IMG/VR virus record: IMGVR_UViG_3300037294_000266 | Coordinates: 202,647-266,646 of that record | Direction: 5' to 3' (one strand) | DNA length: 64,000 bases | Part shown: piece after piece, positions 32,074 to 41,098 of the stretch | Position numbering within the stretch: position 1 is the first letter of the stretch | Layout: each line of letters opens with the position of its first letter | Notes under the pieces: model-generated | The model's input: only the letters and a program-made list of their open reading frames with translations | What the model was told of the DNA's origin: nothing | Databases searched by the model: none | Position numbers and translations under genes: made by a program

Positions 32074-32607
32074 ATGACTGAAATAATTACACGTAACCGA
32101 ATGGCCGTGAATGCCAACTCGTTGATTACCAATCGATGTAAAGCGGGCATTTCCTGGGGGACGAACAACTACCCAGCGAACTCCGATCCTGCTTGGTTTG
32201 CGGGCACTAACGCAGGCCCTGACGCTGCATTTGGCGGCTATCAGTTTTCAGCCGGAGTTGCTAACGCACAGCAGGCGATCGACGTACTTAAATATGTCTC
32301 TAATCTATTTGCCAGTGTCCGAACCACTCGAATTGTAATTTACATGTCTCACTTCTCGCTGGGGCAGACTGTTGTTTCCGATAACACTGCAGTTGCTTGG
32401 ATCAATGCGCCTGCGGCTTTCAGTAATAACGTGGGAATGTGGTTTGCATCGGGATATGACATGGATCTTAACGCGTTTAATAACTCGTGTGAGGCTATCT
32501 ACAGTGCATATCTAGCAACGTGCCGTTATCAGACCGCTACGTTCACCCGAACCATTTGCCACACTAGCTGTCATAGCAGCTGTCATAGCAGCCGAGGCCG
32601 CCGATGA
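32074..32607 (+). CDS. 177-aa protein with C-terminal (CHxS)3 repeat; candidate radical SAM substrate
   Basis: Ends TICHTSCHSSCHSSRGRR. Asn/Ala/Gly/aromatic-rich body resembles a virion protein. Function is inference. Confidence 0.7.
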   Translation: MTEIITRNRMAVNANSLITNRCKAGISWGTNNYPANSDPAWFAGTNAGPDAAFGGYQFSAGVANAQQAIDVLKYVSNLFASVRTTRIVIYMSHFSLGQTVVSDNTAVAWINAPAAFSNNVGMWFASGYDMDLNAFNNSCEAIYSAYLATCRYQTATFTRTICHTSCHSSCHSSRGRR

Positions 32608-32657
32608 CATGTCATGTAAGTGCCATCAAACGGTCTAGAGAAGCAACTGGAGAACCC

Positions 32658-33440
32658 ATGGAACAGACTACTGAAGAAACCAAACCAGGCGGGGCGGTCA
32701 TCGACGGGCCGGTGATTGTCATTGAAACCACAGCCAATATTCCAATGGACTTACTTAAACGTAAGTTCAAAGAGAATATTGAGTTTGTCATCGATGTGGA
32801 CAACAGTCGTCTTAAAGGCGACATGCTGCTCACCTATCTGTCAAACCTCAAGCTTAACTGCAAGCTAAAGTTTGGTAGTCTCGAATCGTCTCTCGAACTC
32901 CTGTCGTCGTATTTAAAGATGTCTACGGTCATGTCGATTCCAGAATTGGAAGACCTGGCCATGAACATCATGCTGGCAGCGTATGGTAAAGATCATTACT
33001 GTCAATTCGATCCGACTGAGTTCATTCGTGACAACTCAGACATGATCGACGTGTGGCTCCGGCGGATGTGTGCACTCCCTTTGTTTGCATTACACTGTCA
33101 TCCAACGACCAAGGATTTTGTTTCTCAATTCCCAGTCGATGAAGACCATGAGCTGCACGGTATCAACTACGTGCAACTGATCAAGCACGAACTGTTCCCA
33201 GAATTCATCAATGACTTCAATCAAGAAGACATGTCGTACAACAGGTTATTGTTCAACGAATACTGTTTTGCAGGGCTGAACCTGTTTAACTATTTCGCGA
33301 TCCCCAATAACCCGTTGTTTGTGGGACTGATGGTACTCGACAAACCAGAACACCTCGAAGTGCTCATGGCTGCTGCTCATACGACTTACGTGACTGCTGA
33401 AACGATCATGAAGGAGCTCGAACATGTACCATCTGTGTAA
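32658..33440 (+). CDS. Hypothetical protein of the radical SAM cluster
   Basis: 260 aa from ATG 32658 (RBS ggag); no recognised motif. Confidence 0.65.
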   Translation: MEQTTEETKPGGAVIDGPVIVIETTANIPMDLLKRKFKENIEFVIDVDNSRLKGDMLLTYLSNLKLNCKLKFGSLESSLELLSSYLKMSTVMSIPELEDLAMNIMLAAYGKDHYCQFDPTEFIRDNSDMIDVWLRRMCALPLFALHCHPTTKDFVSQFPVDEDHELHGINYVQLIKHELFPEFINDFNQEDMSYNRLLFNEYCFAGLNLFNYFAIPNNPLFVGLMVLDKPEHLEVLMAAAHTTYVTAETIMKELEHVPSV

Positions 33441-34470
33441 ATCGATTTACGTCGATAGCGAACACCGCATCGACCGTAATAAAGATGTGATCACAATCTC
33501 TCCAAAGATCGGGTTTGAACACATCGCTGAAGAGAAAGGTGTGCAGATCGGTTATGCTACAAGTCTGGATGAGTTGTCTCCTGAAGCGTTAGAGGCGATG
33601 CTCAACAAAGGTCTTGCTGCCGATGACCGTGTGACCGTCTATTGTGACGGTAAGACGTACTTGCGTCTTTACACCATGTTGATAAAGGCTGTATTGCCGA
33701 ACTTAACACTGGATCTGTTCCGATGGATCATGCTGTGTAAGAAGGCTACTTTCAATACGACTATCGTTGCAGGCGGCGAGCCTAACGTGGATGTGTTGGC
33801 CAGTATCCAGATCAATAACAAGGTCTGTCACGAGCTCTTCATGGAAGCCAGTACTCTGCAACCAGTGATCGATGCACTGGTCAATGAGAACCCAGACTTC
33901 CTTTCGCTGGAATGGCGCTTGATTCGTCTGCGTACTGAAGGTCGTGTCGGTAAGATCCCAGGTGTACTCAACAACATCCTGCGTCGCATTGCTCTGAGCA
34001 ATGCTCATGATGCCATGGACGTCTGGGGTCGTCATCTGACCCGCGAGAAGAACTGGGACATCGCTGGCGCTGATCTCGATACGCTTCTGAACGCACCCAC
34101 TGTGTTCGAAGGGTGTTTGAACATGCCGCACTTGGCGAGTCAACAACTCCTGCGTCCTGGTCTGTATGATTTCTCACCGACCAAGCCCTGGATCATCGGC
34201 ATGCTGCGTGAGGCCGTAGGTCTGATGGAAGTCCTTGAGGACGAGTCATCTGCTAAACGCGCTGCTCACATTCTTGAGCTGTTTAGTTCACCTGTCAATT
34301 TACGTGAGTCTGATGCATGCTTGCAGCGTGTTGTTGATATGTTTGCAGGTGAGATGCGCATTGCACTGGCTTTCAAGGATACTGGCAAATACGACGAGAA
34401 CTTGATTCGGTTCATTCTCGAATCAGATATCGAAGTGCTCAAAACTTCTCTTGAAGGGGCTGAATGGTAA
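33424..34470 (+). CDS. Hypothetical protein of the radical SAM cluster
   Basis: 348 aa, overlapping both neighbours. Confidence 0.65.
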   Translation: MYHLCKSIYVDSEHRIDRNKDVITISPKIGFEHIAEEKGVQIGYATSLDELSPEALEAMLNKGLAADDRVTVYCDGKTYLRLYTMLIKAVLPNLTLDLFRWIMLCKKATFNTTIVAGGEPNVDVLASIQINNKVCHELFMEASTLQPVIDALVNENPDFLSLEWRLIRLRTEGRVGKIPGVLNNILRRIALSNAHDAMDVWGRHLTREKNWDIAGADLDTLLNAPTVFEGCLNMPHLASQQLLRPGLYDFSPTKPWIIGMLREAVGLMEVLEDESSAKRAAHILELFSSPVNLRESDACLQRVVDMFAGEMRIALAFKDTGKYDENLIRFILESDIEVLKTSLEGAEW

Positions 34471-35462
34471 TGGACTTAATTCCCGTATTGAACATACTCG
34501 AGCAAAAGAAAGGTAAGTTGAAAGAAGCTCACCTCATTCTGTTCGAGTACTGTAATTTACGGTGTTCGTTCTGCCACCAGGACCACGAATCCAGAATCGG
34601 CATCAATACGATCCAGCAGAAAGTAGACACACTCATTGCCAACTCAAACCCACGTGATGCCTACGTGTTGAATTTGACTGGCGGTGAGTTATTTCTTGAT
34701 GAGTTCAGCGATGGGCTCTTTGAGGAATACTACGAAGCCGGTAAACGTCTCTTAGAACACTTCGACGATGCGTTGCTGGTGCTGGGTACCAATCTGATCT
34801 ATCACAATGTAGCGCGGGTCATCAAGCTGGTCAATCGCTTAAAGCGATATGGTCGTGTGCAACTTGCCACGTCTTACGATCCAGCAGGACGATTCAACGC
34901 AGAACAACGGACACTGTTCTTCAAGAACCTTATCCATGTTCGTGACCTTGTACGCACGGTCAATGTGGTTATCACCAAGCAGAACATCCAGTCGTTTCTG
35001 GATGGACATGAAGGTGCCGAGTTCAAGTGGATGTGCGAACACTTTGACGTGTACTTCGATCATTACATCCCAAGTCAGATGTACGAGTATATCCAGCCGG
35101 ATGAAGACCTAATCAGTCAGCTCTACATGCACCTGAACAAACACTACCCAGACTCGTATCCGATCAAGGACTGGAAGAACAATGTGGAGAATACCACCAC
35201 TTGTCGATCCACTAAGATCATCAATAAGGATAATGTCGTGACCACCTGTTGGTCAGAAGCTGGGAAAGACTCTATCTTGGACGAGCAAGAAGGTTTGCTA
35301 GCCAAGGATGAGGCCGAGTTGCGGTTCCTTGAGAAATACGACTGCTTTGCCTGTGAGTTCTACTCGCGATGCGGGATGCGATGTTTCTTGCATCATTCGT
35401 TTGTGGATGATGGACTTGACAATGTCTGTCAGATAAAAACGATGTTCAGAGCCATCCTGTAA
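34464..35462 (+). CDS. Radical SAM protein 2
   Basis: CNLRCSFC, LTGGELF, ATSYDPAGRF; C-terminal CRS...TTC...CFACEFYSRCGMRC...C. Confidence 0.9.
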   Translation: MVMDLIPVLNILEQKKGKLKEAHLILFEYCNLRCSFCHQDHESRIGINTIQQKVDTLIANSNPRDAYVLNLTGGELFLDEFSDGLFEEYYEAGKRLLEHFDDALLVLGTNLIYHNVARVIKLVNRLKRYGRVQLATSYDPAGRFNAEQRTLFFKNLIHVRDLVRTVNVVITKQNIQSFLDGHEGAEFKWMCEHFDVYFDHYIPSQMYEYIQPDEDLISQLYMHLNKHYPDSYPIKDWKNNVENTTTCRSTKIINKDNVVTTCWSEAGKDSILDEQEGLLAKDEAELRFLEKYDCFACEFYSRCGMRCFLHHSFVDDGLDNVCQIKTMFRAIL

Positions 35463-35467
35463 TACGT

Positions 35468-35499
35468 CATAGAGACCGGGCTGATGCCCGGTCTCTATG
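35468..35499. terminator. Bidirectional hairpin
   Basis: Perfect 14-bp stem catagagaccgggc-tgat-gcccggtctctatg. Confidence 0.8.
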
Positions 35500-35507
35500 T
35501 TGAGTCG

Positions 35508-36566
35508 CTAGGTCACTGCAGCGCACAGATCTTTTACACCCGATGGTGTCAGGTAACGTTCGGTTCCGAAGAGGTCATTGATGATGTTAGAGATGAACTG
35601 TTTGTGTAGGTTAGCGACTGTATTTGCTGGAACGCCTTTTATGCCGAATTGATTACAGTATTCGAACACCCCCCATTTCTTATCTTTGGTTACGAATAGA
35701 TCCAAAGAACTGAGAGGACCTATCACGTCCCGCGCCAATGCGCTTAAATCGTGAATTTGTTTAGAGGACAGCACCGACTCGATGGAAACAATGTCTTCAC
35801 CAAGGATACTGTTTGTGTTCGATCCTGATGCTTGGGGAAACCCATCGGCATTGTAGACATTACGTTTCTGGACGTAAGCGATCTCGCTCTGCGCGCCAGT
35901 GATTATACGGTACTCAGATTCAATATTGTCAACAAACGATTGAATCGAATAACCTTGGGTTTTTAGACCAGACAGGCCTTCATCGACGTGATGTTCGCCG
36001 CGTGTAGAATAAGCCATATCCGGATCGTACTTATTCAGCTCTTCAAACAGTTCTTTGCTGGTAGACATGCCCTTGATGTACTTATCAAGAGCTTCAATCA
36101 TTACAGCAAATGGAATCTTATCAGTATCGACAAGAAACTGTCCTATTCCACGAGCTCCGTCGTTAGGCTTGATGACTACCTTACCACTCGGGTTGACAAG
36201 ACTACTGAGTCCCAGTGCTTGGGAGTGCACCCATGATTTAATTTTGACGAAGTCGTCATCGTTAAACTGTAACCGCCCAGCAGTGCGCTTGACATAGTTG
36301 TTGATCCGCATTGCCTGTTCGGTTTTACTATACCGGCGATTTACGAACACCATATGTGGTGGCAGTATGCGCTCAGCAGCGATCTCATTGATCTTTAAAG
36401 TGCCGTCACTGATCATGAAATCAAAGTTGAAATGCTCCTCTCCATCAATGACGCTAAGTTGAGGGTCGTTGTGGAAGAATATTTGTTTATTGTTAATGAC
36501 AATGCCTTGATGCAGCACCCAGAAATTGTTCATGAACTTACTAACAACGATATATACACGTTCCAT
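35508..36566 (-). CDS. ATP-grasp (RimK-like) ligase
   Basis: VVIKPNDGARGIG, IQSFV..EYRII, SLDLF...GVFEYCNQFG. Start moved to MERVYI (RBS aggag). Confidence 0.75.
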   Translation of the reverse strand: MERVYIVVSKFMNNFWVLHQGIVINNKQIFFHNDPQLSVIDGEEHFNFDFMISDGTLKINEIAAERILPPHMVFVNRRYSKTEQAMRINNYVKRTAGRLQFNDDDFVKIKSWVHSQALGLSSLVNPSGKVVIKPNDGARGIGQFLVDTDKIPFAVMIEALDKYIKGMSTSKELFEELNKYDPDMAYSTRGEHHVDEGLSGLKTQGYSIQSFVDNIESEYRIITGAQSEIAYVQKRNVYNADGFPQASGSNTNSILGEDIVSIESVLSSKQIHDLSALARDVIGPLSSLDLFVTKDKKWGVFEYCNQFGIKGVPANTVANLHKQFISNIINDLFGTERYLTPSGVKDLCAAVT

Positions 36567-36657
36567 CGGAGACTCCTGATGTTTAGACCATATAAGACCA
36601 CAGGTAAGTAAAACATAACGATACAATCCCTATGTAATCTTTAATGCTGAGGTCGAC

Positions 36658-36906
36658 ATGGCAGTCTTTAAAGTAGGGCAAACTGTTTGGGCTGGTAAAA
36701 TACTCTCCACAGATGCATGCGGTGACCATCCTGCATTTCTACATGCACGAAAGGGCGACGAGTTAATTGTAATAGCTCACGACGATGATCGCGTTTATCC
36801 CTACAGCGTAGCGGATAATCCAGAAGGTAAAGAATCTTTCCGTGCTGCGGCATCTGATCTGATGGGTCAGAAACCATTCAAGCATAACATCGAACAAGGC
36901 TGGTGA
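36658..36906 (+). CDS. Small hypothetical protein (SH3-like beta fold possible)
   Basis: 82 aa, RBS gagg; FKVGQTV...KGDELIV pattern. Confidence 0.6.
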   Translation: MAVFKVGQTVWAGKILSTDACGDHPAFLHARKGDELIVIAHDDDRVYPYSVADNPEGKESFRAAASDLMGQKPFKHNIEQGW

Positions 36907-36910
36907 GTCC

Positions 36911-37078
36911 ATGACAACTATCTTCGACACGCAAGACAAACCTTTCAAGCCACTTGAGAAAGATGACGAGTGGCTGTACCAGAAGATGAAGGAGCAGCAA
37001 GCGTCTGGTGATGTACGTCGAGATTTCCACAATGAATGGCTTGCACAGCCACCTGTTATCGAAACATCTGAGGACTGA
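36911..37078 (+). CDS. Small hypothetical protein, 55 aa (not in ORF track)
   Basis: MTTIFDTQDKPFKPLEKDDEWLYQKMKEQQASGDVRRDFHNEWLAQPPVIETSED fills the gap exactly between neighbours. Confidence 0.55.
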   Translation: MTTIFDTQDKPFKPLEKDDEWLYQKMKEQQASGDVRRDFHNEWLAQPPVIETSED

Positions 37079-37081
37079 TCT

Positions 37082-38170
37082 GTGGATGTTATAGTTAAAC
37101 CGACCGTTGCTTGTAATTTTAAGTGTACATTCTGTTCGAGTACTCATTTATCAGAAAACCCAACAGATATCGTAGAGCTCTCTACGCTTAAGCAGTTTAT
37201 CCAGCGCTTCCCAGAAACCAATACCGTGATCGTCAATGGTGGAGACCCGCTCATGATGCCTCCTGAGTATTACTGGGAGATGATTAAGATGCTGGATGAA
37301 CTTGATAGTCATGCGAGCATCAGTTTCACCAGTAACCTCTGGCCTTTCTACAAGAAGCCTGAGATATGGGAAGAGTTATTCAAACATGATCGCCTAGGTA
37401 TCACGACTTCTTTCCAATACGGTGACAAGCGCCTCAAAGGCGACAAGTCAGTCTTCACAGAAGAAGACTTCAGGAATGTCAGTGACATGTTCCTTGAACG
37501 CATTGGTTACCGTCCTAGCTTCATTGCCGTCATTGACAAGGACAACGAGCACACTGTCTTGGACACGGTTCGTCTGGCTAAGGAAATGGGTGTTGAAGCC
37601 AAGATCAACCACGTTGTTGCTTCAGGACCCGAAGTGGATAATCGTGGCATCATCATGGGCAGTCAGAATAACTTCTTCACTCAGGCGGATATCTACCGTC
37701 ATTATGTCCAGATCTACGATGCCGGTCTGATGGAGTGGGAATACAACACCAAACAGATGGCTAAGAAGCTTAAGGGATTGGCCACTACCTGTCCGTTAGC
37801 ACGGAACTGCGACAGTGGTATTCGAGCATTGCAGCCTGGCGGTGGTTATTATTCATGTGGGTCGTTTGGTGATGATGGCGAACATCCCATTGACTTCGAA
37901 GCAGAGATGGCCGGCGAGTTCTTCACCCCACTGCAATACGAAGCCGACTTAGACTCGATGAAAGAGTCGTGCTACACATGCCCTATGTTCAGTATTTGTA
38001 ATGGCTGTCGTAAAACCATTGCAGACACCAAGCGAATGGGACTTGTAGAACATCATTGCAAAACCATGAAAGAGATTGCTCCACGGATCATCGATATCAA
38101 CGGACTGACCGGTAAGGTATTTCCAACGCCATACGTTGACGAATCAGTGCAGCTCATTGCTAAGGCATAA
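37082..38170 (+). CDS. Radical SAM/SPASM protein 3
   Basis: CNFKCTFC, VNGGDPL; CPLARNC...YSCGSF...CYTCPMFSICNGC...HC. Confidence 0.92.
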   Translation: MDVIVKPTVACNFKCTFCSSTHLSENPTDIVELSTLKQFIQRFPETNTVIVNGGDPLMMPPEYYWEMIKMLDELDSHASISFTSNLWPFYKKPEIWEELFKHDRLGITTSFQYGDKRLKGDKSVFTEEDFRNVSDMFLERIGYRPSFIAVIDKDNEHTVLDTVRLAKEMGVEAKINHVVASGPEVDNRGIIMGSQNNFFTQADIYRHYVQIYDAGLMEWEYNTKQMAKKLKGLATTCPLARNCDSGIRALQPGGGYYSCGSFGDDGEHPIDFEAEMAGEFFTPLQYEADLDSMKESCYTCPMFSICNGCRKTIADTKRMGLVEHHCKTMKEIAPRIIDINGLTGKVFPTPYVDESVQLIAKA

Positions 38171-38173
38171 TTC

Positions 38174-39100
38174 ATGACAAAGCCTAAAATAAATATCAGT
38201 ATCAACCCGTGGTATTTCTGTAATTTTAAATGTGACTTCTGCTACTTGACTCCTGAGCAATTAGGGGATCGAAAGCGTCTTGACCTCGAGACACTCGAAC
38301 AACGGCTCGATGAACTCCTGCAACATTACGTTATCGGACACATCGATCTATATGGTGGTGAAGTATTACTACTGCCTGAAGAATACATCAATGCTATCCG
38401 TGACATGTTACACGTCCGAGGTATTGATGACTTGGTTCTGGTTACTAACCTGTCTCATCTCCACCCAGTCGTTCACGAGAAGGATTGGGAAATATCGGTC
38501 TCGTATGACTTTGATGCTCGTGAGAAACATGAACATGTGTTACAGAACATGCTTCTCATGACACAACCTTTCAGTATCTTGTCTCTGGCAGGGCGCCAGT
38601 TTCTCGATAAGGTTACTCCAGACATCTACGTCGACACGATGAATATGTTTGGTAATCTGAAAGGTTGTGAGATCAAACCTTACAGTAGTAACCAAGCCAA
38701 CGACCAGCCTGTGACGTACCGAGAATACGAAGAGTTTGTCTGGGCAGTGATTGATCATCCGGCTCGTAACTTCTACTTTGAGAACGCCACTCAGGTTGAA
38801 GAAGCATTTGAAGGCACTCGTAATTCATTCAGCGATGACCACATCTACATCACACCTGAAGGTAAGTTTGCAGTACTGGAGTTCGATGACAATGATCATG
38901 AATTCTTTATGCCACTGGAATCGATTGCAGAGTACCAACAGTGGTGTGTAATCGAGAAGAGCCGTGTTAATGTCAATCCGATCTGTTCGGCATGTCCTTA
39001 CAACGGATCTTGTCTCTCTGAACACCTTCGTAATGTAACGTCCCTCGATAATTCCTGTAATGGGTTCCGAGGACTCATTGATAAATGGGGTGCATCGTGA
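38174..39100 (+). CDS. Radical SAM protein 4
   Basis: CNFKCDFC, LYGGEVL; CSACPYNGSCLSEH...SC. Confidence 0.9.
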   Translation: MTKPKINISINPWYFCNFKCDFCYLTPEQLGDRKRLDLETLEQRLDELLQHYVIGHIDLYGGEVLLLPEEYINAIRDMLHVRGIDDLVLVTNLSHLHPVVHEKDWEISVSYDFDAREKHEHVLQNMLLMTQPFSILSLAGRQFLDKVTPDIYVDTMNMFGNLKGCEIKPYSSNQANDQPVTYREYEEFVWAVIDHPARNFYFENATQVEEAFEGTRNSFSDDHIYITPEGKFAVLEFDDNDHEFFMPLESIAEYQQWCVIEKSRVNVNPICSACPYNGSCLSEHLRNVTSLDNSCNGFRGLIDKWGAS

Positions 39101-40149
39101 AAGCTCAACATCTTGAAGTAGAACACAGGCAGCGCCTGGAGATCACTCTCGACATCTTTCGAGGGTGTGGTCATAGCTGCTCAGGCTGCATGATCAATAC
39201 GTCGCTGGGTGGGGATGTCAACGACATTCCTGAACTCCATGCACTGATCAGTGAAATGGTTGACGTTGGGTATGTGGCGTTTGATCTCGGTGTAGGTCCT
39301 ACTGATTACATGTCTGCAGACAACACCGCCGAGGTCATGGACCATCCGGTCTTTCAAGAGATGGCGCAGAAATTCCATCAGGTTACGTTCAACGCAGCGT
39401 TCCTTGAGAAAGACATGGAGAAGTATAGGTCGATGTGCGAAGACATTGACCTGGCACTCCCTGGTAAATCTATACGCTTCTTAATTCCGGCAGCGCCTCC
39501 ATTTTTCAAGACACACAAGTTTGGCGACATGATTGAATCCAAACTTGAGTTCGTGAAGGATAATCTACATAGCGCTTACCTGAATGAAGCTGGCTTTGTG
39601 GTTAACTGCACGGCAGACACTGTGGGTGATGACTTTGAGGCCATGATGAATAATGGCTTTGATATTGAATTCCCTGTTGATAAGGATGATATCTTGAATA
39701 TCCCTTACGGTCGAGCGCCTGTAAAGGATCTGATGACGGCACAGCACATCAAGCGGATGTCTCATCGCATCACTCAGTTCTATTCAACACTGAATGGTAC
39801 AGATGAGCGTCGTCGCAATCCTGATCTCTGCTACCACACCGGTACCATGGTCAATCTCCTGTACACCGGCGGTAAGCTTTACTGGGTGCCTTTCCTTAAA
39901 GACGACTGCGCGTTCCTTGAAGATGCTTTCTCTGTGTCGAAGCCCTGGTCTATGGATAATCTCCTAAAGACTCGTCAGGCGGCTCTAGAGAGCGCTCTAG
40001 ACTACCTTAAGGACACGCCGTGCATGACCTGTCCTTATCTGAGCAGTTGTTCAGAGAAAGGTATCATTAACATCATGGAACACATGCAGATCCGTGATTG
40101 TCTAGTTGGGTTAGAACATGTTAAATCAACCGCAGAGTCCAGCGTTTAA
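39097..40149 (+). CDS. Divergent radical SAM-like protein 5
   Basis: CGHSCSGC; GGE replaced by GPTD; CMTCPYLSSC...DC. GTG start overlaps the upstream TGA. Confidence 0.75.
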   Translation: MKAQHLEVEHRQRLEITLDIFRGCGHSCSGCMINTSLGGDVNDIPELHALISEMVDVGYVAFDLGVGPTDYMSADNTAEVMDHPVFQEMAQKFHQVTFNAAFLEKDMEKYRSMCEDIDLALPGKSIRFLIPAAPPFFKTHKFGDMIESKLEFVKDNLHSAYLNEAGFVVNCTADTVGDDFEAMMNNGFDIEFPVDKDDILNIPYGRAPVKDLMTAQHIKRMSHRITQFYSTLNGTDERRRNPDLCYHTGTMVNLLYTGGKLYWVPFLKDDCAFLEDAFSVSKPWSMDNLLKTRQAALESALDYLKDTPCMTCPYLSSCSEKGIINIMEHMQIRDCLVGLEHVKSTAESSV

Positions 40150-41098
40150 TCTGACCCTTGAGATTCTACAGGGGTGTAAGTACAACTGCGTAGGCTGTAT
40201 GGTCGATAAAGACTACGAGCCTCTTATTCCATTTGACCAGGACACGGATAAGATCCTTGAAATGGTCGATGCGATGAAAGCTGAAGGGTATCGGACTCGA
40301 GAGTTTACAATCGGGCCAGTGGATGTCATCAGCTCGAAGACAGGGGATTCGATATTCGATCATCGCTTGATTAAGGGGCTGGCTGAGCGGTTTGAATCTG
40401 TCGTCATTCCGTTAGCACTGATGAAAGGGAAGTCGTTTACACTGGCCACTCCTTTCCAGCTAAAGAGTACTGACAACCCTAAACACGTCGATCTAATAAA
40501 GCGTCGTGTGATGTTCATCCAAGCGTCATTGCCTGACGTTAAATTTGAGCTACTGTACATTACCGTTAACATGATTGGCGATGCAGTAGATGCATTTGAT
40601 GTTGCATTAAACCGAAGACTCCATGATATTGATTTTGGTGTCAGACGACTCATTGAGTTTGTATTCCCTCACCCTAGAAAGGGGTTGGATAATTTACTCA
40701 TGCAGAACTTGTTTAAGCGCAACTTCGGACATTTCTGTGACGTCATTAAACAGTGTAAGAACACTGATCTAAATCGTCATCTCATTAAACCAGCTGATGA
40801 TAGCTACGAAACAACCTATCGTGATGGCAGACTGTATTACACACCGACACTGATCGAGAAGTTTCCTATATTCGATCCGATGTTTGAAATAACGTCTCCA
40901 TGGACTCTCGAGAAGATAGAGCTGTTCAAGATGGATCTCTATCTAGACAGTCTGGTTAAATATTCAGTGAGCGGACCGTGCAGTAAGTGTTGTAATTTAA
41001 GTAAGTGTGCTGAGGGCGATGTTCACTCCATCATGACTCATTTGAATGACTCGACTTGTCTGGTATCTCTTTATAACGACTGGAGTGTGATAACGTGA
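40118..41098 (+). CDS. Divergent radical SAM-like protein 6 (paralog of protein 5)
   Basis: CKYNCVGC; GPVD in place of GGE; CSKCCNLSKC...TC. Confidence 0.75.
   Translation: MLNQPQSPAFNLTLEILQGCKYNCVGCMVDKDYEPLIPFDQDTDKILEMVDAMKAEGYRTREFTIGPVDVISSKTGDSIFDHRLIKGLAERFESVVIPLALMKGKSFTLATPFQLKSTDNPKHVDLIKRRVMFIQASLPDVKFELLYITVNMIGDAVDAFDVALNRRLHDIDFGVRRLIEFVFPHPRKGLDNLLMQNLFKRNFGHFCDVIKQCKNTDLNRHLIKPADDSYETTYRDGRLYYTPTLIEKFPIFDPMFEITSPWTLEKIELFKMDLYLDSLVKYSVSGPCSKCCNLSKCAEGDVHSIMTHLNDSTCLVSLYNDWSVIT

Noticed and set aside
32557-32607. Assignment to the known His-Xaa-Ser (HxsA/B/C) or SCIFF systems
   Set aside because: The repeat period is 4 (CHxS), not 3, and the body is 177 aa. The spacing differs from SCIFF. 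It may be related but cannot be equated without HMM searches.
36878-37147. 89-aa minus-strand ORF in the ORF track
   Set aside because: Antisense to the better supported + strand 55-aa ORF and the rSAM 3 start.
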